A DNA stretch of 47,961 nt from Microcystaceae cyanobacterium (GTDB lineage Bacteria > Cyanobacteriota > Cyanobacteriia > Cyanobacteriales > Microcystaceae): NCBI GenBank assembly GCA_041746575.1, contig JBGTGT010000122.1:1-47961 (forward strand), given 5' to 3'. The notes under the pieces are model-generated. The model did not search any database. It was not told where the DNA came from and saw nothing but the letters and a program-made list of their open reading frames with translations. The translations under genes were made by a program, and so were the position numbers. Below are positions 28,861 through 39,456 of this stretch, piece after piece; within the stretch, counting starts at the first letter, position 1, and every line of letters starts with the position of its first letter.

Positions 28861-30162
28861 CTATGGCTTAAAATCATTTTCTTGATAATATTTTTGAGAA
28901 TAAGATATCCTTTTATTATTCCATTCTAAAATTACTATCCAAGATAGATAAAAAAGCATAAAGGTTACTAAAGAGAAAAAAGAATCATAGAAACCAATCC
29001 GAATAAAAATTCGCAGTTTTGCGATTAAAAAGCAACAGTAAATAAATCCGGGAAATATTTGGTAAATTTTAAGTCGGTTGATACATTCCATAATAGTACC
29101 TATAATAATGGGTGTTATTAAAGCAAAAGAAATCCCTCCGTAGTATAAGCTTTCAGAGGCGATATTACCCGCTAAACCCGAATTAGAATAGACAAGATGA
29201 TAACGATAAAAATCTTGTAAGTAGTAAACATAATTTCTCGGTGTATCTACCCAAAAATTAGTAATGGGTGAAGGAAAAACATTAAGAATTGAATACAGTA
29301 AAAAATTTCCTAAATTTCCAGAAGCTAAAAAATGATCATAGGTAATTATTGTCGTAAGTCGAGTTGCAAAAATTTCGCCGAAAAGATAAATTAAAATATC
29401 ACCAATCTGATCAAGGTGAAATTCTCTTGAGCGAAAAAATACCGTGGCAGTTAACCCCAATCCAATGCAAGTAATTATTAAGAATCTAGGTTTACGGCTG
29501 ATTGCAACATAGTTAAGATAGGTATAAACTAAAATTAGAAAAGATAAATCTCTTCCTCTTGAGAGCAATTCAGTGATCATAGGAATAATCAAGACGAAAT
29601 ACCATTTGAAATTACGACTCCGCCACGTTATTACTGATAAAGAGGCTAATAAAAAATAGAGCAAATAAGGATACTGATACGTCACTAAAATTTTATCAGA
29701 AAAAAATACTAAAGCTTCGTGTCTCCCTTGAATCGCTTGTAATTCTCCCCCTTTATCAATTAGTATAAATGTAAATATAATAGAAATAAGAACTGTCAAT
29801 ATTATTGCGATTTGATAGGTTATTTTCTGAGGATAAAAAGATAACTTGACACTTTTAGGTTCTTGAGAAAATATATAAAAAATTAGAAAAACAAAAGTAA
29901 ACCAATTACAGATAAGACTTGTCGTTTGAATAGATTCATCGGAAAAAGTTGTGAACCATGGCTCTATATTTCTCACAAGGTAAATGTAATTGTAAAGAAA
30001 AGTGCTAGAAATTGTTAAATAAAGATAGGATAAAAGTAATAAGTAAAAACTGGGATTAATCAAACTATAAAAATTTTTCTTAAGGCGATACAAACAGTAA
30101 CACGGTACAAAAATAAGAAGGAGATAGTTTATTACTGAGCTAATTTCTCTTAGAAAACTCAT
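28861..30162 (-). CDS. wzy: O-antigen/EPS polymerase (Wzy-like)
   Basis: About 10 or more hydrophobic segments, very AT-rich, inside a glycosyltransferase cluster that also has a flippase. Confidence 0.7.
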   Translation of the reverse strand: MSFLREISSVINYLLLIFVPCYCLYRLKKNFYSLINPSFYLLLLSYLYLTISSTFLYNYIYLVRNIEPWFTTFSDESIQTTSLICNWFTFVFLIFYIFSQEPKSVKLSFYPQKITYQIAIILTVLISIIFTFILIDKGGELQAIQGRHEALVFFSDKILVTYQYPYLLYFLLASLSVITWRSRNFKWYFVLIIPMITELLSRGRDLSFLILVYTYLNYVAISRKPRFLIITCIGLGLTATVFFRSREFHLDQIGDILIYLFGEIFATRLTTIITYDHFLASGNLGNFLLYSILNVFPSPITNFWVDTPRNYVYYLQDFYRYHLVYSNSGLAGNIASESLYYGGISFALITPIIIGTIMECINRLKIYQIFPGFIYCCFLIAKLRIFIRIGFYDSFFSLVTFMLFYLSWIVILEWNNKRISYSQKYYQENDFKP

Positions 30163-30171
30163 ATTTCTTTT

Positions 30172-31422
30172 TTAATAAACAAGGGTTTGAAATAACGATA
30201 AATAACGATGTGCTTGTTGCTCAAGGGTAAACTTATTAAGAACTGTTTGACGAGCAGACTGGCTTAATTGATTCCTACGTTCTTGATTTTCTAAAACCCA
30301 TTGAATTCCTTTCGCTAAATCGAAAATTTCGTAGGGTTGAGCCAGATAACCATTAGTTTTATGATCAATCATATCAGGAATCCCTCCAATTTGGAAACCG
30401 ACACAAGGTACCCCGCAAGCTAAAGCCTCTAAGATAGTATTGGGTAAATTATCTTCTAAAGAAGGCGCAACAAAAACATCAGCAGTATTATAAGCAATAA
30501 CTAATGATATATCATCATTTAGTTTACCAAGATAACAAGTTTTAAATGGGAGTTCAATATCAAGATGATTATTAGGTTGGTAGTCTCCAAAAACGACAAT
30601 TTCAATTTCTTGCAACTGCGCTAATTGGCTTAAGCTTTTTAAAGCTGATAAAAGTAAATGAAATCCTTTTCTTGGGTCACTATTGGGATTGACTGAGCCA
30701 AATAAAATTAACAATTTATTTTGAGGAAAATTAAGAAGATTTCGAGCGATTATTTTATCAATTTTTCGATAAATTTGAGTATTAATTCCATTAGGAATTA
30801 CGTTAATCGGTAAGTTCTGAAAAAGCGAGCTTTGGCGAGCACAATTTGCTAACCACTGACTGGGAGAAACTAAAGTTAGATTTAAAGATGACCAAGCTTT
30901 CTGTTTTTTTTGCCATATCCAGTGAGAAAGATCCCACAATTGATTACTACTTAATTGAGGACATCTTCCGCAAGATTCTTTATATCTTTGACAGTTACTA
31001 CTGTAATGACATCCTCCCGTAAATGCCCACATATCATGCAATGTCCACACAATGGGTTTAGCCATTTTTTTGAGAGTTTCGATTTGCATAAATCCTCTCG
31101 TAATCCAGTGAAGATTAATAATATCAGGCTCTATTTTTTCTAGCTTCTGATTAAGTCTATCCGGAATCCACTGCAATGAATAAGGAGTCATTTTTCGCTG
31201 TCGATAGTATCTTTTGGGAATTTCATCTAACATCGGCGCAAGTCTTATCCAAGCTTTATCAAAACGACTTTTAGGTGCAATTACTTCAGGATTTTCTTTA
31301 TCATTAATACCAACTATCATAAAGGTTTCAGGATTAAGCGGTTTGAGTCCTTGATAAAGACGGTAAGCTGAGATAGACGCTCCTCCTAGTCCAGTCGAAT
31401 AATTCAGTAAGGTAATTTTCAT
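30172..31422 (-). CDS. Glycosyltransferase family 4 (WcaC-like)
   Basis: GGASISAYRL, INLHW, WTLHDMWAFTGGCHY, PSLEDNLPNTILEALACG. Confidence 0.9.
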   Translation of the reverse strand: MKITLLNYSTGLGGASISAYRLYQGLKPLNPETFMIVGINDKENPEVIAPKSRFDKAWIRLAPMLDEIPKRYYRQRKMTPYSLQWIPDRLNQKLEKIEPDIINLHWITRGFMQIETLKKMAKPIVWTLHDMWAFTGGCHYSSNCQRYKESCGRCPQLSSNQLWDLSHWIWQKKQKAWSSLNLTLVSPSQWLANCARQSSLFQNLPINVIPNGINTQIYRKIDKIIARNLLNFPQNKLLILFGSVNPNSDPRKGFHLLLSALKSLSQLAQLQEIEIVVFGDYQPNNHLDIELPFKTCYLGKLNDDISLVIAYNTADVFVAPSLEDNLPNTILEALACGVPCVGFQIGGIPDMIDHKTNGYLAQPYEIFDLAKGIQWVLENQERRNQLSQSARQTVLNKFTLEQQAHRYLSLFQTLVY

Positions 31423-31444
31423 AACATTTGAGTTTGAATAACAA

Positions 31445-32287
31445 TTATAAAATAAAATTCAGTTGAGGTTTTTGTGCTTCTATAAATAAAGAGTCAGGTT
31501 TACGAATCATTGTTTGTATTGTATCTAAATCATAATGTTTAAAATGAGGAATTCGACTTTCATCAGCGTTACAAATTTCAATATTGATAAAGCCCGTCTG
31601 ACGAAGAAGACGGTGCAAAGAAAATCGATCATACATCCAGTGATGAATTTCACCAGAATCCCGAAAAATTCCTTCTTTAAATCCTCGTTCTGCTGACTTT
31701 CCTGCAATCATTCTAACAGACCACTGGGCTAACATGAGTTGAATTTTTCTCAACCACCAACTTAAAGATTTATGACGCTTTTTTTGCCACCCTATCTCTG
31801 CTTTTTTCGTAGAACTAAAATAAAAATTAGCCTCTTGTCCAATACGAGATAAAACAAAGTCTTTATTTTGAAGATTAGGATTTATTAAAAAGGGTTTCAT
31901 TGCCCCTCCTGAAAAAGTCCGAACGGTTTGATCATAAAGTTCTAGTAGAATCCAATCATAGTTGGCTTCCGCACTTGTATCACCCTTCTCAATCTTTGCT
32001 AAGATAGACAAATAGGTTTTAGCGATCGCTTCTAAATCAGGAACAACAACCCTAATAATACCGTTGGGTTTTAAAATTCGCTGACATTCTCTCAGAAATT
32101 GATGGCAAATTTCAGGTTTCAAATGTTCGATGACGTGAGAGCTATAGCAAGCATCAAAAAAGTTATCAGGATAGGGGAGATTTTGGCGGATATCACAGGC
32201 AATAATTTGAGCATGACTAGGTGCTAAATCAAGATTAATCCAGTCTGGATGAAAAACATTCCCACAACCTAAATTAATTAATTTCAT
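31445..32287 (-). CDS. Class I SAM-dependent methyltransferase
   Basis: INLGCG, YSSHVIEH, RILKPNGIIRVVVPD. Confidence 0.88.
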   Translation of the reverse strand: MKLINLGCGNVFHPDWINLDLAPSHAQIIACDIRQNLPYPDNFFDACYSSHVIEHLKPEICHQFLRECQRILKPNGIIRVVVPDLEAIAKTYLSILAKIEKGDTSAEANYDWILLELYDQTVRTFSGGAMKPFLINPNLQNKDFVLSRIGQEANFYFSSTKKAEIGWQKKRHKSLSWWLRKIQLMLAQWSVRMIAGKSAERGFKEGIFRDSGEIHHWMYDRFSLHRLLRQTGFINIEICNADESRIPHFKHYDLDTIQTMIRKPDSLFIEAQKPQLNFIL

Positions 32288-32317
32288 ATTCTTAGAAATA
32301 AAGAGTGGTTATCACAT

Positions 32318-33085
32318 TTACTTTAAAATTACTCCAATTCTTCCCGTATTATCAATACGATTGAGTAAAAGGGAAATTTTATTTTGCTCAATGTATTCGT
32401 CAACTGCTTGACGCGCCCCCTGCCAATAGCCATAATCATCAATAATGATTACTCCCCCAGAAACAAGACGAGGAAATAAATGAATAAGTTCGTGACGAGT
32501 TGATTCATACCAATCTGTGTCTAATCGCAGTAAAGCGATTTCTTCAGGTGCGTTTTGAGGAAGGGTTTCTTCGACTTTTCCTTCAATAAAATGAATTTTA
32601 TTGCCATCATATTTCAATTGATTGATATTTTGTTTAACTGTTTCTAAAGAGGTGTGGCACCATAAAAGATTATTTTCGTTTTTCAACGTTTTTTCTAAAA
32701 GATTTTGAGCCAAATTACCCTGAAAATCTCGATCTTTTTGCGTGGGTTCCGTCATTCCTGCAAAGGTATCAAATAAATAAAGTTTTCGGTTATAATCATT
32801 TAGGTATATCAAAGTTTCAATAACTGCCATCATGCTTCCTCCTCGCCATACCCCACACTCTACAATAGCACCAGCGATATTATTTTTGCTGATATATTCT
32901 ACCGCTTTGCATAAAGCAGAAATTCGCTCTGCTGAAGTCATTGTATAGGAATTTACTTTATTAATAATTTTAATAATATAATCTTCAAAGTCGCTAGGAT
33001 AAGAATATTGATAGTGACGAATTTCATAGCCAAACTTTTTTAAAAAGCGATTAATTTGTGACTTTAATGATTGAATATTTTTCAT
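32318..33085 (-). CDS. TylF/MycF/NovP-family sugar O-methyltransferase
   Basis: VECGVWRGGS, LFDTFAG, LRLDTDWYEST, IIDDYGYWQGARQAVDEY. Confidence 0.92.
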   Translation of the reverse strand: MKNIQSLKSQINRFLKKFGYEIRHYQYSYPSDFEDYIIKIINKVNSYTMTSAERISALCKAVEYISKNNIAGAIVECGVWRGGSMMAVIETLIYLNDYNRKLYLFDTFAGMTEPTQKDRDFQGNLAQNLLEKTLKNENNLLWCHTSLETVKQNINQLKYDGNKIHFIEGKVEETLPQNAPEEIALLRLDTDWYESTRHELIHLFPRLVSGGVIIIDDYGYWQGARQAVDEYIEQNKISLLLNRIDNTGRIGVILK

Positions 33086-33098
33086 AATTGAAATCTCC

Positions 33099-34016
33099 TC
33101 ACAGAAAACTTAACTTTAATCGTTTTTTTACTTTTGCTTTTAGTTTAGCAATAAAACTTCTTTGAAGAATGTTATTCTGGGTAAACTGATCCGCTTCTCT
33201 ATGACGAATCATAAAGTTGGGATGATGTAAGGGAAAAGTCATCTCCTGAGTGAGCAAATTAGCTAAAATATCATCAGAATCCAATGTGTAAATCCCTTCT
33301 TTTCCAAAACCGATATTACTTACTAAATTTACACTAGGCACAATTGATAAAGCTCCTTGTAACCAACAAGCGAATGTCCATTGATAATCCCAAGTATCGA
33401 TCTTGTAATCATGTGTTTTTTGAAAAATCGTCTTCCAGTATTTCAGCGTTTGAGGATTAACTAATAACTGTTCGAGCCATCTCTCTAATTTGACTTGCTC
33501 CCACAGTTTCATCTTAGCGTCATAATATCGCCAAGCTCGTCGCCAAGTTGCCCAACCCCAAATATGAGTATAATGAGAAAAATAATAACTTTCCTTGGGT
33601 TGATAATAACCTAACTGAAAATTATTACCGCCAATGTGCATAATTCGGTTATCATTTTTGTAATATTGCAATAAGGTTTCACAAAATGGAAAAAAGCTAG
33701 GATGAGGCAGGCAATCATGCTCAAAAATTATTGCTTCTTCGACTTGTTGAAATACCCAATTTAAACCTGTTTCTAATCTTTTCCTGATGCCTAAATTAAC
33801 CGAAGCATAATTTGTCAAAACCTCACACTTCCAATCTACTGCATTAATAATATTCCGAGTTTCTTCACATTTTTTGATATCATCAGGATAGTGAAGGCGA
33901 GGTGCATCGCTAATAACTAAGAGTTGGGTAGGCTGTGCTTTGCGTATTGCCTGAAAAACGCGCTTAGTCGTTTCTTTACGATTAAAAATAATGAAAACAA
34001 CAGGTGTTTTTATCAT
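33099..34016 (-). CDS. GT-A fold nucleotide-diphospho-sugar transferase (HlpA-like)
   Basis: IFNR, NLG, IFEHDCLP, IWGWATWRRAW, WDYQW, NLVSNIGFG. Confidence 0.82.
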   Translation of the reverse strand: MIKTPVVFIIFNRKETTKRVFQAIRKAQPTQLLVISDAPRLHYPDDIKKCEETRNIINAVDWKCEVLTNYASVNLGIRKRLETGLNWVFQQVEEAIIFEHDCLPHPSFFPFCETLLQYYKNDNRIMHIGGNNFQLGYYQPKESYYFSHYTHIWGWATWRRAWRYYDAKMKLWEQVKLERWLEQLLVNPQTLKYWKTIFQKTHDYKIDTWDYQWTFACWLQGALSIVPSVNLVSNIGFGKEGIYTLDSDDILANLLTQEMTFPLHHPNFMIRHREADQFTQNNILQRSFIAKLKAKVKKRLKLSFL

Positions 34017-35347
34017 AAACTTAATCTTGTTTTTAATAATTTAAAATAAATTAAATTTTGTTGAAAACGAAAAGGAATTAACAATGCCTTTGTCAATCTT
34101 AATCCATTTTGTCTAGTTAACGGATAAATTAAAAATGTTAAATGAGATGAAATACCATAAGCAATAATAGTTGCAATAGCCGCTCCGATTCCTTCATATT
34201 TAGGAATCAGAAAAAAGTTTAAAATAACGTTAGAAGCTGCCCCTAAAAACGTAGTTAAAGAGCTAAAAGCCGTAAAATTTTCTGCAATTAACCATTGATG
34301 GCCGGCCAAACCTAAAAAAACAAATAAACTTGCCCAAATATGAATCATCAAAATTTGTCCAGAAACTCTGTAACTTTCCCCGACTAATAATATGATCAAC
34401 GGCTGAGACAGAAAAGTCATCGCAATAGCAATTAGAATGGCGAGCCACGCTACTAAATCGTAAAGCAATTGTAGCTTAAAAATGTATGACCGAGAGGATC
34501 TATTTTTAGCTACTAAAATACTCGGAAATAGAGAAGCACAGACTGCCACTGGAATAAAGTACCAAAGCTCAGAGAGTCGCACAGCTACCGCATAATAACC
34601 GACTGCTTTGTTGCCCAATAAATTCCCTAGCATAATCTGATCAATTTTAAAGTAAATAGTTACCATAACGGCTGAAATAATTAAAGGATAAGATTGCCTC
34701 AATAAATACCATAACCATGAAGATGTCATTTTCCATGGCCAATTAGAATCGAATTTTTTCAAGTAAACTCCTACAAATCCTAACGATTTTATAAAGCTAT
34801 CAAAAACGATCAATCCAGCAAAAATAATCAGTGGTAATCGAAAAACAACGGCTAAATACCTTAACAAGCAACTAATCACAAATTGAATCATTTTAATCCG
34901 TGCAATATCTTGAGAAGCAACTTTAGATTGGAAACTCAACTCAATGACATCAAAAGCACTAAAAATCAAGCCAATTCCTATCAAAATTGTCATAGTTTGA
35001 ATTGAAGAATCTAAATTTACCTTAAAAATTGTAAAAGAAATTAAGACGATTGCTGTTATACTTCCTAAAACTTTAAGAACAAAGCTACTTCCTAAAATTG
35101 CTTTTGTTTGATCGTTTTTTTCAACTAACTGTTTAACAACAATATCATCTAATCCGAGCTTAGAAACGCCCAGAAAAAGACCGACAAAACTCGTACTATA
35201 ACTTAATTTTCCAAAATCCTCTGCGCCTAGATATCTGATCACATAAATATTAATTAATAGAGACAATATAATAATTAATATTCTTTCAGCTAATAACCAA
35301 CTAATATTTTTAACGATTTTTTGTAATCCAGGCGTTAGCTTAGCCAT
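34013..35347 (-). CDS. wzx: Polysaccharide flippase (Wzx)
   Basis: KNISWL..RYLGAEDFG, IDQIMLG...VGYYAVAVRLSE, LIPKYEGIGAAIAT. About 12 TM segments. Confidence 0.9.
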   Translation of the reverse strand: MAKLTPGLQKIVKNISWLLAERILIIILSLLINIYVIRYLGAEDFGKLSYSTSFVGLFLGVSKLGLDDIVVKQLVEKNDQTKAILGSSFVLKVLGSITAIVLISFTIFKVNLDSSIQTMTILIGIGLIFSAFDVIELSFQSKVASQDIARIKMIQFVISCLLRYLAVVFRLPLIIFAGLIVFDSFIKSLGFVGVYLKKFDSNWPWKMTSSWLWYLLRQSYPLIISAVMVTIYFKIDQIMLGNLLGNKAVGYYAVAVRLSELWYFIPVAVCASLFPSILVAKNRSSRSYIFKLQLLYDLVAWLAILIAIAMTFLSQPLIILLVGESYRVSGQILMIHIWASLFVFLGLAGHQWLIAENFTAFSSLTTFLGAASNVILNFFLIPKYEGIGAAIATIIAYGISSHLTFLIYPLTRQNGLRLTKALLIPFRFQQNLIYFKLLKTRLSL

Positions 35348-35389
35348 AACCTTTAATAAAATTAAGAAATTTTCTCATAGAAAACTATT

Positions 35390-35977
35390 TCAATGCCAAA
35401 AATCCTCAACATCATAACCTAAATCAGCTAACATTTGCCGTAATAAAGGTAAACTGAGTCCAATGACATTACTATGGCATCCTTCAATTCTTTCAACAAA
35501 TAATCCTCCTTTGCCTTCTAAAGCAAAACTTCCTGCGCAACTAAGCGGTTCTTTCGTATCGATATAAGCCTGAATTGTAGTCTCTTTAATGTCAGCAAAA
35601 TAAACTTGAGTGATACCGCATTTAATCAGTATTTTCTTATGTTTTTGATCAACTAAAGTGTGTCCAGTGTATAAAGTTCCTCTATTACCTCGCATTTTTT
35701 GCCATCGTTTAATCGCTTCTTGGGGTGAGTCTGGTTTGCCATAAATTTGACCGTTGATTACCAGAACAGAGTCACAGCCTAAAATCAAGCCTTCTGTGAC
35801 TTGATTGGCAACTTTTTGTGCTTTACACTGACTTAAGGTTTGTACCAATGCAACTGGATCATTAAGGGTAATTTGAGATTCATCGAAGCCACTCTGGCGA
35901 ATAATCGGATTAATACCAACCATTTGCAATAGTTTACGACGGGCAGGAGAGGCGGAGGCTAGTATAAAAGGGGTCAT
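35390..35977 (-). CDS. maf: Maf-family nucleoside triphosphate pyrophosphatase
   Basis: [34 protein letters not shown]. Confidence 0.93.
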   Translation of the reverse strand: MTPFILASASPARRKLLQMVGINPIIRQSGFDESQITLNDPVALVQTLSQCKAQKVANQVTEGLILGCDSVLVINGQIYGKPDSPQEAIKRWQKMRGNRGTLYTGHTLVDQKHKKILIKCGITQVYFADIKETTIQAYIDTKEPLSCAGSFALEGKGGLFVERIEGCHSNVIGLSLPLLRQMLADLGYDVEDFWH

Positions 35978-35998
35978 CGTGGCTATAAATTGTTAACA

Positions 35999-36550
35999 TT
36001 AATAGACTTGGAAAGATTGTAAAACTTTTTCAAAAAGCGGTTTAACGGTTGACCAGCGAGTCTGGGGAGTAGAAAGATCAAAAGTATAAAGCTTTCCTCT
36101 GTTGATTACAATTCTCGCTAAATCATGACGGTTTTCTTGGTCAGATGATTTAACATCGTACTCCAAATTGTAATAGATTTTACCTTCAGATTCGTAGCGT
36201 TGTGCGTTGATTAATTCGACTTCTCGATTCAAAGCGGAATTAGCATTAACTTGTTGTAAAAAATGATAACCTACTTCTGATGCTGTCCCCAAATTTTCGA
36301 GTGTTTGCTCGTTAGGAATAGGGTTAATAACAACACTTAAATTTTCTGTTTGTTCCACTAAATCTCGAAAGATTACATCCACACCCTGAGCCGATTTACT
36401 CGTCGCTACTTGAATCCATCCACTAGGATAGAAAAATTGATACCCATCTTTAGTATCCACATAACTTTGCACGCTACTTAATGCGGTGGTGCAACTGCTA
36501 AGAAACAGCGTGAACAGTAAAAAACAGCTAAATAACCAAGAACGTTTCAT
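35999..36550 (-). CDS. psbP: Photosystem II PsbP-like lipoprotein (CyanoP)
   Basis: Lipobox LSSC. DGYQFFYP.GW, DVIFRDLVE..ENLSV, LGTASEVG, RGKLYT, SFQVY. Confidence 0.88.
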   Translation of the reverse strand: MKRSWLFSCFLLFTLFLSSCTTALSSVQSYVDTKDGYQFFYPSGWIQVATSKSAQGVDVIFRDLVEQTENLSVVINPIPNEQTLENLGTASEVGYHFLQQVNANSALNREVELINAQRYESEGKIYYNLEYDVKSSDQENRHDLARIVINRGKLYTFDLSTPQTRWSTVKPLFEKVLQSFQVY

Positions 36551-36674
36551 AATTCATTTAATTATTAAATATCTTTTTTATTGTCTCACATTTTGGCAAC
36601 GAAAGAAAAGCAATTTTGTTAGTGCATCGTCTTTCATGTCATAATAGTTATGATGCGTTCATATATTTTGAAGA

Positions 36675-37040
36675 ATGTCCACTTGTCCTAACTGCCATCA
36701 ACCTATTTCCTCAAAAGCAATAAAATGTTCTTTTTGTGGCACCATTTTCAAAGCTTATGGTCATCCCGGCATAACATTGTATCAAGCAGCTGACACCGAA
36801 TTCCTATGTGATACTTGTCTCTATCACACCGACGATACTTGCAATTTTCCTCAGCGGCCTTATGCGAAACAGTGCAGTTTATATCAATCTCCTGAAATAG
36901 CGCCAACCTATCAAGCTACTAATCAACCCTTATCTTCTAATAATATATTTAAGCAAGCACAAACTTGGTTAAATCGTCATCGAGGCGTCGGGTTATTAAT
37001 CACTTTAATTATTATCAGTCTTTTAATTACGTTTATATAG
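36675..37040 (+). CDS. Cys-rich zinc-ribbon protein with C-terminal TM helix
   Basis: CPNC..CSFC, LCDTCLYH.DDTCNFPQRPYAK.C, hydrophobic tail. Confidence 0.8.
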   Translation: MSTCPNCHQPISSKAIKCSFCGTIFKAYGHPGITLYQAADTEFLCDTCLYHTDDTCNFPQRPYAKQCSLYQSPEIAPTYQATNQPLSSNNIFKQAQTWLNRHRGVGLLITLIIISLLITFI

Positions 37041-37088
37041 TTGTATAAAATAAATTTTTCAGCTAAGGGCACATTCTACTAAACAAAG

Positions 37089-37967
37089 ATGATTAAACGT
37101 TTGATAATGCAAAAACAAAAAATATTTAAACAATACACCTTATTCACTATCGGATTGATTTTATTAAGTTTAATCATTGCAAGTGTCGTTATTTTGCCCT
37201 TATTTTATAATATTTCTATTGATAAAATTGATTTCAGTAAAAGCAGTTTATCTCCCAATTTTAATCACCCTTTGGGAACTAATGATTTAGGACAAGATCA
37301 ACTGGCTAGAATTTTATTTGGTGGTAGAATTTCCCTTGCCGTTGGAATTACGGCTATGCTGGTATCAATTAGCGTAGGAACACTTATTGGTGCGATTGCT
37401 GGATTTTATGGAGGCCTCATTGACACGCTATTAATGCGGCTTACCGATCTTTTTTTGTCCCTTCCTCAGCTTCCTTTGTTACTCTTAATCGTATATTTGT
37501 TTCGGGATACCTTTAAAACGATTGTTGGCGCAGAGTTTGGTATATTTTTGTTAGTGGTTGTTGTGATTGGTGGTCTAAATTGGATGTCAGTCGCACGATT
37601 AGTTAGAGCTAATTTTTTGAAGTTAAGAGAAATGGAATTTGTGACCGCCGCTTATGCGCTAGGCGCACCCCCTTATAGACTTATTTTATTTCATCTTCTT
37701 CCTAATACATTAAGTGTCATTATTGTCGCCGCCACTTTAGCCGTTGGTAACGCCATTATTACTGAGTCAACTTTAAGTTTTTTGGGACTAGGCTTTCCGC
37801 CAGATGTTCCCACTTGGGGACAAATGTTATATACCGCTAAAGATCATTTAACTTCTGCACCTCACATGGCTTTATTTCCAGGATTAGCTATTTTCTTGAC
37901 CGTTCTGAGTATTAATTATATTGGCGATGGCTTAAGGGATATTTTAGATCCTAAAAACCATCATTAA
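37089..37967 (+). CDS. Peptide ABC transporter permease (OppC/DppC-like)
   Basis: HPLGTNDLGQD, GGRISL, EFVTAAYALGA loop, ESTLSFLGLG, GDGLRD. Confidence 0.92.
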   Translation: MIKRLIMQKQKIFKQYTLFTIGLILLSLIIASVVILPLFYNISIDKIDFSKSSLSPNFNHPLGTNDLGQDQLARILFGGRISLAVGITAMLVSISVGTLIGAIAGFYGGLIDTLLMRLTDLFLSLPQLPLLLLIVYLFRDTFKTIVGAEFGIFLLVVVVIGGLNWMSVARLVRANFLKLREMEFVTAAYALGAPPYRLILFHLLPNTLSVIIVAATLAVGNAIITESTLSFLGLGFPPDVPTWGQMLYTAKDHLTSAPHMALFPGLAIFLTVLSINYIGDGLRDILDPKNHH

Positions 37968-37990
37968 ATTATCAAAGAGATCATCTTGTC

Positions 37991-38980
37991 ATGTCAATTA
38001 TTACCGTTGAACACCTCACAAAAGTTTATCCCGTTGCCGTTAAAGGAAGTGGACTCAAAGGCACATTTAATCACTTTTTTAACCGTCAATACCGTGAAAT
38101 TGAAGCCGTTAAAAATGTCTCATTTATTATTGAAGAAGGCGAAATGGTTGGATTTTTAGGGCCTAACGGCGCAGGCAAAACCACTACCCTAAAAATGCTC
38201 ACCGGATTAATTCATCCCTCTAGAGGAAATATTGAAGTCGTCAAATATATTCCTTTTGAGCGTAAACCTCCCTTTTTAAGAAAAATAAGCCTTGTTATGG
38301 GGCAAAAGCAACAATTACTTTGGGACTTACCAGCCCTTGATTCCTTTCGCATTAATGCCGCCGTCTATGAGATTCCTGAAAAACAATTTCAACAACGATT
38401 GGGAGAATTAGTGGAAATGTTGTCTTTAGAGGCTAAATTAACTCAGCCTGTTCGCAAACTCTCTTTAGGAGAACGCATGAAAGCTGAATTACTGGCCGCT
38501 TTACTGCATTATCCTCAAGTATTATTCCTTGATGAACCCACATTAGGATTAGATGTCAACGCACAAGCAGCAGTGAGGGCTTTTTTAAAAGAGTATAATC
38601 GGCGATATAATGCGACCATTTTGTTAACCAGTCATTATATGGCTGACATCACTGCTTTATGTAAACGTGTTTTATTAATTCATCAAGGTCATCTAATTTA
38701 TGATGGTCAACTAGAAGCCCTTTTAAATCGATTTGCTCCCTACCGAGAAGTAAAAGTCGAACTCAAAAATGCCTTATCTAGTGAGCAATTAAAACCCTTT
38801 GGTGACCTTGAAACGGTAGAAGGAAAAGAAGTTCGTTTTATCGTTGAACAAGAAGCGTTAACACCGACCATTTCTCGCATTTTAGCTCAGTTGGATGTTA
38901 TCGATTTAAATGTTACTGATCCTCCCATTGAGGAAGTGATTGGACGCCTATTTCAAGCTGGAAAAGTTCAGGATCTTTAA
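37991..38980 (+). CDS. ABC-2 type transporter ATP-binding protein
   Basis: GPNGAGKT, LSLGERMK, LFLDEPT, TSHYM. Confidence 0.93.
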   Translation: MSIITVEHLTKVYPVAVKGSGLKGTFNHFFNRQYREIEAVKNVSFIIEEGEMVGFLGPNGAGKTTTLKMLTGLIHPSRGNIEVVKYIPFERKPPFLRKISLVMGQKQQLLWDLPALDSFRINAAVYEIPEKQFQQRLGELVEMLSLEAKLTQPVRKLSLGERMKAELLAALLHYPQVLFLDEPTLGLDVNAQAAVRAFLKEYNRRYNATILLTSHYMADITALCKRVLLIHQGHLIYDGQLEALLNRFAPYREVKVELKNALSSEQLKPFGDLETVEGKEVRFIVEQEALTPTISRILAQLDVIDLNVTDPPIEEVIGRLFQAGKVQDL

Positions 38981-39456
38981 AAAGAAATTGTCTTTTCATC
39001 ATAAAAAATCATAAATGTAACCTTCTAAAAAAGCGATCGCTCTTGAAAATGGAGTATTTGTTAAACAATAGGAGCGACAAATAAGTCTAAGTATGAGAAT
39101 CTTAGTTATTCAGATCCCAATCTAAAAAATCGGTCAAACTCCTGAGTTTGGTTTTTACACTTTCCTATATAGTCTGCCCTGTGGCTTTTTTGATCGTTTT
39201 GATAGACACTTCCCATAAAGACATTTGACGCGATCAGAGTTTACACTCGACTGACGGTCAACTTTGGACTATCGTTCTTTATCTTTACCTCGCTTATAGC
39301 GCAATTGTGTCTGAAATCAATGACAAATTCGATTGAGTCTGATAGAATCTCAGTCACGAGGCAAACCTTTGGTGGTAAAGTTTAACGTTCACCAATAGAC
39401 TTTACAAATGTCATTTTCCCTTCTCTATCACTTTGTTAACTGATTCAAATCAGAAT

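Noticed and set aside
39360..39400. GGCAAACC resembling the c-di-GMP-I riboswitch
   Set aside because: The downstream GNRA loop and GACGCAAAGC elements are absent.
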